NCBI GenBank assembly: GCA_022703645.1
Contig: JAKLDG010000001.1
Location: forward strand, 507,918-571,917
Origin: Patescibacteria group bacterium
Lineage (GTDB): Bacteria > Patescibacteriota > JACPGU01
Length of the DNA: 64,000 nucleotides
Reading direction: 5' to 3'
The position numbers and the translations under genes were made by a program. Positions 55,301 through 63,100 of this stretch are shown here, one piece after another. Numbering within the stretch: the first letter of the stretch is position 1; the number at the start of each line of letters is the position of its first letter. The notes beneath the pieces were generated by a model. It searched no databases, had not been told where the DNA came from, and was given only the letters and a program-made list of their open reading frames with translations.

Positions 55301-56056
55301 GTCAAACCATGATACAATAAACCCACCGTTTCCATCCTGAATAATCATAGGTTTGCCCTGACCGCGTTGCGCCGCGCAAACAACAACTCCAGAGCCCCAT
55401 ATTAAATTACCTGAAGAATCAATCCTTTGAGCATAGATATCATCACCGTTATAATTACGATAGTCACCCCATACCACAACTACTCCTCCAAAACCGTCTG
55501 GGGTGATATGGTAATCTCTTTCTGAACCTATATCTTCATACAGACTTAGCTGTTTTACTTCCCACATAACTCCACCTGACGGATTAACCTTCTTGATTAC
55601 TAAATCAGCATTGGTATTATCAAACATCGCCATTATAGTGTTGCCATTGCCATCCGGAATAATATTTGTAAACATATATTGTAGCGCATCTGAAGATATA
55701 TTTAAACCGCCATTCTGCCATTTTGATATTGACAGATCCATAGCCAATCTTCCGGCGCTTGAGGTATTGACAGATCCTTCGGTTGAGTAGTATTTATTCC
55801 AACCAGCCGCATCTCCTGGGAGAACCGCCATAGACGCCTGATCCGCGCCTCCAGTCCAGTCGTTTTGGGTGAAGATCACGGTGCCTGAAGCTTTGGTATT
55901 AAACATCATAAGCTTTTTCAAACTTAGTCCGTCTAGACTTACCACTACAGCAAAAGATGCAATTAGAGCCAAAGCAGAAATTCCAATAAAAAGTTTATAG
56001 TTCTTTTTTGGAGTACATTTCTTTGGTTTGCATTTTTTACAAAACATTTTTTTCAT
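52349..56056 (-). CDS. Giant secreted/surface protein: beta-propeller repeats + discoidin (F5/8 type C) domain + C-terminal Ig-like domains
   Basis: 1235 aa. The N-terminus is basic and Cys-rich (CKKCKPKKC) followed by a TM/signal anchor. It has about eight ~50-aa repeats (YAQ(K/R)(I/L)DSSG...W...GV......sDG.GG.I..W.D.R). The discoidin-like segment reads VAVDFASPTKVSKVDLWYG...FDIQVCVDDNN...LRLHITKQ. Confidence 0.6.
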   Translation of the reverse strand: MKKMFCKKCKPKKCTPKKNYKLFIGISALALIASFAVVVSLDGLSLKKLMMFNTKASGTVIFTQNDWTGGADQASMAVLPGDAAGWNKYYSTEGSVNTSSAGRLAMDLSISKWQNGGLNISSDALQYMFTNIIPDGNGNTIMAMFDNTNADLVIKKVNPSGGVMWEVKQLSLYEDIGSERDYHITPDGFGGVVVVWGDYRNYNGDDIYAQRIDSSGNLIWGSGVVVCAAQRGQGKPMIIQDGNGGFIVSWFDSRNWQYHVYAQKLDSSGSFQWATDGVKISTNNTYRDSNSKLVSDGSGGAIVVWDGLNITQNGSGLFAQRISSSGSLQWAEVTINGGQDPQITSDGSNGVIVTWSDDRVSPNDNNVYAQRVDSSGAIKWQADGVGIATTTSMEVYSKIVSDGNGGAIISWADDRNTPTTYNIYAQKIDSSGSLIWNPAGVAVSNYFGQVQFDHQIASDGNGGAIIVWNDFRSGMNSDIYGQDIDSFGNTLWGADGLAIATKAAGQSFPVLTTAETGSAITAWEDYSMLNTQIYAQKLGPLGYSGSSSLVSSIINTGAQTDWGTIDWTANTPAGTSITLQTRTAAADPITNIILNKNLSSSSGEPNYPFGDVSNIADGDREFSGWQSEDNGSSISPSNPQWVAVDFASPTKVSKVDLWYGTKMYPVDFDIQVCVDDNNCEPTVDSDWNTVQQVIGNNSNNHFSISFSTVETRKLRLHITKQVDEGAVNTVAINEFEIYSGAWSDWQNHGNSGEPVGSPTGQYIQYKTILMSNDPNSTPEINSISISNAAPTNPAYVSGLVTSAGATLTTPDTNASITVPAGALSTDTTISIDGTGSNFMITGPFGIYDGLTSYEFSPDGLTFNSPVTITLKIDKALLDSLGYAITDVHVFFSPDAGNTWADHDNITDTGISGSNYYITFTTTHFTRFALGVSVKAAILATGDLHVVYSKDVVGFAGIVNGKEKKSAKTSLIPGPVGDSRGEVIDSVNTKVYTQAALITALGSKDFDKKVKAQCASIYDGNTATTKEAAITKSSQYIILPKIDNYITATRVVISDPVDSSTHTTTICRKLTSDKFNFNKGPVAKMNNKVMKSVKVKCSSKDANKICVAVDPGDEDFITTPANLNLTYPESVVWGAGVNSHSYEFVLESTTNWTVKACASMPSGYKVVGASDADGNPLTVKSNCVTGLVVNNGSTVITFDVQGLTTASAFDTKFTFEGKYGTNTTKIEKIIKNTRLK

Positions 56057-56119
56057 TTTTTATTTTTCCTTTTTTTACTTTTTATATTAATATGACTTAA
56101 GTTTGATGATTTTTAAATT

Positions 56120-57163
56120 TTATTTTATCTCTTGATTCAATTTACGATTTTTTTCCTCCTGCTTCTGTAACTCTTCAAGTAACTTTTTTGCTTCCTTTAC
56201 TGCTGCTTTATTGGGATTCTTTTTTGGACCGATGGTAACTTTTATGCTTTTTATACCTTCTATATTTCCTGCCTTATCGACCGAATAATAATAAACCGTA
56301 TATTCGCCTGCTCCACTTAATTTGATTGGCGAAGAATAAACATTAAAATTTCCAGATTCTCCGGTTCTATAATAAGTTTTTTCTACCCCAGATTTTACTG
56401 TTGAACTTGGCGGAAGAGCAGATAATAAATCTGGCTGACCAGAAATACTGTCAAAAACAATTCTACCTTCACTTGGTACCGGCAATAAAGCGGGGTGATA
56501 AAAACTGTTTCCACTATAACTAAACGCTTTTGCAAAAGCATCAACATTTATTCCGTATTGAGAAAATTGTTGTGGATCTTTTGTATCATATAGAGTCATA
56601 TGAACCGTATCAGAACCAATGTTTGTTGTAACTAGATATACATAAATGTCCTGCGGTTCTGAAAAAGGTTGTCCGCCGGAATAATTTGCTTCTAATTCAT
56701 TTAATGATAAAGTTGCAGGAAGCAAGCCACTGCCACTTTGGCTGCTGGAGAATAAAACTGCAGGAGAATACGTACCGCCGGTTGAAAATTCATCCATATA
56801 GCTCACCCCGTTAAAAGACATTCCAGTTCGCGCTAGTTCATAACCACCGTTGATATTCTCGACAATTGATAAATCAGGCTCGCCATCTATCTTATTGATT
56901 TCAGCAGCTGCGCTTCCTCTTCCAACTTTTTTAATCTCATCAGTTGCATTTAATACCACCTCTGCTTTGTCTTTGAAATACCAGCTTCCATCAGATGTTT
57001 TTGTTTTAGCACCTGTAACTTTTGCGGAAGTTAATGGTGCGATAGTATCACCAGCTAAAAAAGCAGAAGTCTTAATAACACCCACCCCTACAACAGCTAA
57101 CACCAATAATGTTAATAATGGTAATTTATATCTTGAATTGTTTTTCATATTTTTTCCTGTCAT
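56120..57163 (-). CDS. Secreted Ig-like-domain hypothetical protein with a Lys/Glu-rich coiled-coil tail
   Basis: 347 aa. Signal peptide (LLTLLVLAVVGVGVIKTSA), a Big-like strand (EYTVYYYSVDKAGNIEGIKSIKVTI) and a C-terminal KEAKKLLEELQKQEEKNRKLNQEIK. Confidence 0.45.
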   Translation of the reverse strand: MTGKNMKNNSRYKLPLLTLLVLAVVGVGVIKTSAFLAGDTIAPLTSAKVTGAKTKTSDGSWYFKDKAEVVLNATDEIKKVGRGSAAAEINKIDGEPDLSIVENINGGYELARTGMSFNGVSYMDEFSTGGTYSPAVLFSSSQSGSGLLPATLSLNELEANYSGGQPFSEPQDIYVYLVTTNIGSDTVHMTLYDTKDPQQFSQYGINVDAFAKAFSYSGNSFYHPALLPVPSEGRIVFDSISGQPDLLSALPPSSTVKSGVEKTYYRTGESGNFNVYSSPIKLSGAGEYTVYYYSVDKAGNIEGIKSIKVTIGPKKNPNKAAVKEAKKLLEELQKQEEKNRKLNQEIK

Positions 57164-57186
57164 GTTTGTAAAATTGCTGATATTAA

Positions 57187-60126
57187 CTAATATTTTAACT
57201 GCCAGCCGGCAATAATTATATCCGGATTGATCTGAAGTGAAGGATAGTTATATTTGTTTAATTCAACTAAATCAACCCACATATTTTCTACTCCATATAA
57301 CACGAAAGCGATGCTTGAAAGCGAATCACCGCCTTTTACTATATAAATATTTTCACCAGCACCTTGTGTTGACAGCTGATATTTGAATACCCATCCACTA
57401 TAAATTATATTTGGTATCGTGACAAGTGTGGAAAACTGTTCGCTATTCAACGCAACTAATATTTCTCTCGTAGTACCTAATTGCGCCGCAATACTATAAA
57501 GGGAATCCCCTGGTTGAACTACATAAAATCCATAAACGATTTCTTGGATTGGGTTTACGATCGATTCGGGGGTAGGTTCTGGGATCGGCGTTGGAGTTGG
57601 TTCAGGTATAGGAGTTGGAGTGGATTCTTCTGGAGTTGGTATGGCCTCAGAGATAGGTTCAGGAATAGGTTCGGAAGTTGGTGGAATAAAAGTATATACA
57701 GATGGCGGTTGTGGAGCTGTTTCGATAGTCCAGGAATAATTAGCAGGAGTTAAATCAACATTCCCTACTAGATCTGTAGCCTTAACTTCAAATGAATGAA
57801 CTCCTAAAGATAACCCGCTATAATTAACCGGGCTGGTACATACTGCAAATAAAGCTCCGTCAACCCGACATTCGAAAGTTGAGGCTTCACTGGAGCTGAA
57901 AGTGAAGGTTGCATCGGTTGAATAAGTTACCAAAGCTGGGTTGGAATCTATGATAGTATTTGGGCTAGTTGAATCAATATTTATCGGATTAGCTGAAGAT
58001 AGAACAGATTTATTAGCAAGCGCATCTTCTGAATAAATACAGATGTAAAAACCATTATTGGTTTCGTCTGATTGGTTCATAGAATCAGTATCCAGTTTTG
58101 TAAAGGTATCGGTAATAGAACAAGTGTTGGTAGCGAAATAATCCCATTTTTTCACCACAGCTGCGTCCCAGTCACCGGTAATAGTATCACTTGCGACTGG
58201 ACCTATTTCCACATCGTTTGCAAAGGAAAGAGCCGGAGCGGTAGCATCTATATTGATTTTATTGGCAGAAGCCAAAACAGATTTATTCCCAAGGGAGTCT
58301 TCACCATAAAGGCATATATAGAAACCATTATTGGTTTCGTCTGATTGGTTCATAGAATCAGTATCCAGTTTTGTAAAGGTATCGGTAATAGAACAAGTGT
58401 TGGTAGCGAAATAATCCCATTTTTTCACCACAGCTGCGTCCCAGTCACCGGTAATAGTATCAGAAGACACTGGACCAGCAGCTATATCATTGGTAAAAGA
58501 AAGTGCTGGTGGAGTTGCATCTATACTAATACTATTAGTAGAAACTAAGATAGATTTATTACCAAAACCGTCCTCCCCATAAAGACAAATATACCTGCCG
58601 TTATTGGTTTCATCTGATTGGTTCATAGAATCAGTATCCAGTTTTGTAAAGGTATCGGTAATAGAACAAGTGTTGGTAGCGAAATAATCCCATTTTTTAG
58701 TAGTTGAATCTCCCCAAGAGCCTATAATAGTATCACTCTGAATTGGACCGGCTGCCACATCATCCACAAAGGAAAGAACCGGACTTAAATTATCTACTCG
58801 GAAGCTTGCCGAAGTCTGAACAGATCCATCTACCAGACTATCACTTGGAGTTACTCTAATCTGGTAATTGCTTTGATCTAAGCCATCCAAAGATCCCCCA
58901 CCATTCGAAGCATTTTTGGTATCCCAAACTATATTTAATGTTACCGCGCCACCGGAGGTATCAATCGGATTGCTAGTTCCTATCTGATAAGCATTACTAT
59001 TATTCAGATCAATAGCCCCAGACGAGGGTGTTGCAAAAGCAAGATAAGGAGCATACCAATTCATTCCCCCATCCGGTGAATATTCTACTTTTAGTTTAGT
59101 ATTTTGTAAGTTTGCATCAGAAATATTAGTCTGAATATTTACATAACCAGTACCATCAGTCGGCTGAGAAATAAATGAAGGAATGGTCGCCACGGGCGCA
59201 ATGTTTGCCGAAACAACAACCTCATTACTTAATGCGGATACAAGGGTACCCGATGTTGCGCATATTTTTATACTTTCTGCTGCAGAATATCTCATCATTG
59301 TATAACTTTTTACCCCTGAAGTTACTGCTGTGCCTGATGCCGGGTTAGAGAATAAAACACCCGAACCTAGTGTCCCCCCGCAATTCTGATCTGAAAGCAC
59401 CGGGGTAAGCGTAATTGTAGAAGTATTATCAGTCGTTACTGTATGACCAAATTGATCTTGTACTGCAATCACTGGTTTAACTGCAAAACCAATATTAATA
59501 ATAGCAGTAGCCGAAGGTTGATTTGTAAAAATAAGTTTATTTTTGGCTCCTATAGCTTGGGATAGAGCACCAAAACTAGTTGAATCGTTCACTATCCCCA
59601 CGATTGCTCCCGTTCCAGGGTTTGCTGATGTTCGATAAATATTTCCTGAAGAAGGAATAACGGATCCGTCAATAGCGCGTACTTGCAGCCCGCTAATAGT
59701 CATTACATCCGATTTATTTGCTGTACCATCTGTAGAAAAAGTAATTGTTATTGTTGTGGCCGTAACTGCTATAGAACTAGATGTTATATCTCTAGCTGCC
59801 GTATAAGTAACTGTCCCAACACCAGGATTAAATGACCAGTTATTTGGTGCTGTTAAAATTAAAGTGGTATTTGTTTGACTCGCTGCAAAGTCACCATTTG
59901 CTCCCTCGGTAATGACAATATTGCCAAGCGTCGTCCATGCTGGAGTTGTGGCATTTGCCGCTTTGTCTGCAGAAATATTTGTGCCTCCAGAAGATGGGGT
60001 TACATTTGCTGCTGCTTCAGTTTTCAGACTCATATAAACTCCGACGGACAGCAAAAAAATAATCACTCCGATTAAAAAGAATCGTAGATATTTATTTTTT
60101 ATGGTTTTTAGAAAAAGATTTTCCAT
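57187..60126 (-). CDS. Large secreted surface protein with three near-identical 91-aa tandem repeats, a Cys-containing Ig-like domain, a Pro/Thr/Glu linker and two C-terminal LysM-like repeats
   Basis: 979 aa. Signal anchor (FLIGVIIFLLSVGVYMSL). The triplicated unit reads ...KKWDYFATNTCSITDTFTKLDTDSMNQSDETNNG(F/R)YIC(L/I)Y.ED.... The Ig-like domain reads TFTFSSSEASTFECRVDGALFAVCTSPVNYSGLSLGVHSFEVKATDLVGNVD. The linker is PEPISEAIPTPEESTPTPIPEPTPTPIPEPTPE. The C-terminus has YVVQPGDSLYSIAAQLGTTREILVALNS.. and YIVKGGDSLSSIAFVLYGVENMWVDLVELNK...AGWQLKY. Confidence 0.6.
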   Translation of the reverse strand: MENLFLKTIKNKYLRFFLIGVIIFLLSVGVYMSLKTEAAANVTPSSGGTNISADKAANATTPAWTTLGNIVITEGANGDFAASQTNTTLILTAPNNWSFNPGVGTVTYTAARDITSSSIAVTATTITITFSTDGTANKSDVMTISGLQVRAIDGSVIPSSGNIYRTSANPGTGAIVGIVNDSTSFGALSQAIGAKNKLIFTNQPSATAIINIGFAVKPVIAVQDQFGHTVTTDNTSTITLTPVLSDQNCGGTLGSGVLFSNPASGTAVTSGVKSYTMMRYSAAESIKICATSGTLVSALSNEVVVSANIAPVATIPSFISQPTDGTGYVNIQTNISDANLQNTKLKVEYSPDGGMNWYAPYLAFATPSSGAIDLNNSNAYQIGTSNPIDTSGGAVTLNIVWDTKNASNGGGSLDGLDQSNYQIRVTPSDSLVDGSVQTSASFRVDNLSPVLSFVDDVAAGPIQSDTIIGSWGDSTTKKWDYFATNTCSITDTFTKLDTDSMNQSDETNNGRYICLYGEDGFGNKSILVSTNSISIDATPPALSFTNDIAAGPVSSDTITGDWDAAVVKKWDYFATNTCSITDTFTKLDTDSMNQSDETNNGFYICLYGEDSLGNKSVLASANKINIDATAPALSFANDVEIGPVASDTITGDWDAAVVKKWDYFATNTCSITDTFTKLDTDSMNQSDETNNGFYICIYSEDALANKSVLSSANPINIDSTSPNTIIDSNPALVTYSTDATFTFSSSEASTFECRVDGALFAVCTSPVNYSGLSLGVHSFEVKATDLVGNVDLTPANYSWTIETAPQPPSVYTFIPPTSEPIPEPISEAIPTPEESTPTPIPEPTPTPIPEPTPESIVNPIQEIVYGFYVVQPGDSLYSIAAQLGTTREILVALNSEQFSTLVTIPNIIYSGWVFKYQLSTQGAGENIYIVKGGDSLSSIAFVLYGVENMWVDLVELNKYNYPSLQINPDIIIAGWQLKY
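57971..58790. repeat. Intragenic tandem repeat, 3 copies x 273 bp (approximate bounds)
   Basis: The string gtttcgtctgattggttcatagaatca recurs at 58061, 58334 and 58607, i.e. at exact 273-bp spacing. Long stretches are identical between copies, and the + strand track ORFs 58072..58344 and 58345..58548 have identical N-termini for this reason. The repeats lie in frame within 57187..60126. Confidence 0.85.
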
Positions 60127-60145
60127 TTTTTATTTCTTTAAAAGT

Positions 60146-63100
60146 TTATTCAACGGTTAACTGCCAATAAATTCCTTTATCTTCCATCCAAACCAATCCT
60201 TCAACTACTGGCGTAAAATATGACTTATAAGTCCCGGCGTCCGCCGGAGCTTTAATTTTAAATGTAAATCTTCCTACTTCTCCTGGTTTTACTTCTGCTG
60301 TATCAAAAGAAGTACAGCGGTTTGGAGCTATCCAGTCGCTATTCGCAAATTCCGAAGTATAATCTTTTTGCTGAGTTGGACTTCCATAAATAGAGCCTGT
60401 ACCGAACCTAACTGGATTTGCACCGTCTTTGAACCAGCTAACCGTACCCGTGTTTTTCAGTTCAATCCAAACTTCAATCTCCTCCCCCGCTGAAATCTGG
60501 GTAGGATAGCCAGACTGACCGACTACCTCATAACCGTAAGTTGAAGTTGAACCTAAAATATCATATTTCAATAACCAGTCAGAATAAATAACATTTGCAC
60601 CACCGTCTAAACTGAGATTAGTATACTGATCTTGATTTAGTTCAACCAATCTTCTCCATTTCTCCTGATCGCCATAGAGTTTCAGCGCTATCCATTGCAG
60701 ATCTTCACCAGGTTCAACCTTATAGTAGCCGAATTCACCTGTTGGAGCTACCGTAGGTAATTCTTTAAATCTTAGTTTCCATCCTGCAACTATTATACTT
60801 GGATCACTTTCCAATGAAGGGAATATATCTTTATTTAATTCGACTAATCGCGTCCATTGTTCTTCATCCTGAAATAATTCGCGGGCAATTGATTTCAGCG
60901 AATCGCCATCTTGAACTATATAATAATCCCCTATTATTTTTTGCACTTCTGGCTGAGCTTGAGGAACTGGTTGAGAAACCGGCTGTGATTGATTTTCTGC
61001 TATTGGTTCTGATGTTTGTTGAATGTTGCCAAATCTCAATTGCCACTCACTATATATAATGTCAGGTCGGCTAACCAGACTTGGGAATGTATCTTTATTT
61101 AATTCTACGAGATCTCTCCACCTTTCACTATCGCCATAAACTTTTTCTGCAACTGTCTTAAGGTTTTCTCCTGGTTGAACAGTATAAATCCCTGAATCAC
61201 TTCTGACTGAAATTTCCCAGAATAAACCAATATCATTCATCCATCCTGTTCCATCAGCAACTGGAGTAAAATATGCTTTGTAATTTCCAATTTGCGTTGG
61301 AGCTTTAATTGTAAATTCGAACCTTGCCGTATCTCCCGATTCAATAAGAAAGTCTGGGATACTGGATGCTCTGTTTGGTGATAACCAATTTTCAGCGGCA
61401 AACTCAGAAATATAATCTCTTTTTTGGGCAGAGCTTCCAAACGATGACCCTGTTCCGAGACGGACATTACTGTCCCAAGCAACAGAACCGGTATTTTTTA
61501 CTTCAACCCAAACATCGGTAGTCTCGCCAGGTTTTAAAGTGCTTGGGTATGGTGATTGAGATACCAGTTCATAAGAATATATTAGTTGTGGTTCCGGTTG
61601 GATTTCAACTATTGGTTCAGGCTGTACCTCAGGTTGAGGTTGGACTTCGGGCTGTTCTTGACCATCTCCTACAACCGTAACTTCCCAATACAAACCAATA
61701 TCAGTCATCCAAGTTACTCCGTCTGCTACCGGTGTGAAATAAGCTCGATAAGTACCAGGCGTCGTTGGAGCTTTGATTGTAAATTGAGCCTTGGCATCGT
61801 TGCCTGGTTCAACATAGCTGCTGATTGCAGTAGAGTTTGGATTAATTATCGAAGTAGGTCTGTTTACAGATAGCCAATTGATATTTGCAAATTCTGATGG
61901 ATAATCTCTCTGTTGACTTGGACTACCATACATAGAACCGGTTCCGAGACGAACTTTGCTATCCCAAACAGCTGTACCGGTATTTTTTACTTCTATCCAG
62001 ACATCGGTTGTCTCACCCGGTTTTAGTGTACTTGGATATGGAGACTGAGAAACCAATTGATAATTATAACCTTCAACTGGAATGGTTTGCTCAATCTGCT
62101 GTTCTGGTTGTACTATTTCTTGCGGCTGCTCAGGTATTTCAGGTATTACCTCTGGCTGTAATATCTCTTCTGGTTGTTCTAACTCCGGCTCTTCGATAAT
62201 AGGTTCCGGTTCGGTTACCTCTACATTTTCACTAAATATTATTGAATCTGATACAGAACCTGAAACATTTCCTGCCGCGTCTTTATATTTTGCATAAACT
62301 GTTTTTGTACCATATCCAGTTGCCAAAGCCCAAGCCTTCGAATTAACAAACGTCTCCCAGCTGCTGCCGATAAAGTAAGCGTTGTTAGAAATCATCATTG
62401 ATATGGCATCAGTAGCGCCCAACGTCAGGGTAACGCTTGCCGATGCAGTTGAGCTTGCTCCGCTATTAATTGAGATAGAAGTGTTGGTCGGAGGTGTTGT
62501 ATCTTGAATTAGATTATTTCCTCCACCACTATTGTTTTGCTGGCTAACACTAATACTCCAAGTATAGCTTTCTGGCGTTGCATCGCTATTTCCTGCCAGG
62601 TCAACCGCGTAAACATAAAATGTGTGACTGCCATTTGCCAAACCTGAATAATTCTTTGGGCTGGAACAAGTAGTATAATAGCTACCGTCTATTTTGCATT
62701 TAAAAGTTGAAGACTCATCCGCGCTAAATACGAAAGTAGCGGATGAAGAAGTTGCGTTTAACGCCGGTGTAGAAGATAGAGTAGTTTCTGGAGGGATACT
62801 TTCAATTATATAACCATTTTCTATCCCAAAACCTGCGCCACTAATAGAATCCAGGGCTTTGATTTTTAGATCACCACTGCTTGTAATTGAAATCGAACAG
62901 TTCACTGTATAGCTATCAACCTGCGTACAAGCAAAATCAGTGAAACCAGCGGTAGTAGCTCCATCTACTGAAACACCGGCGCTATCAACTCCCCCGCTAT
63001 CGGTAATATGAATTGTCGTATTTGTAATATTTGCCGAAGAAGCTTTCGTTGGAGCAGAAATCGAAATAACTGGAACCGTAATAGTCACCGCGTAACCATT

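Noticed and set aside
58072-58548. + strand ORFs 58072..58344 and 58345..58548 with identical N-termini
   Set aside because: They are antisense read-outs of the 273-bp tandem repeat inside the 57187..60126 gene. They are useful as evidence of the repeat but are not genes.
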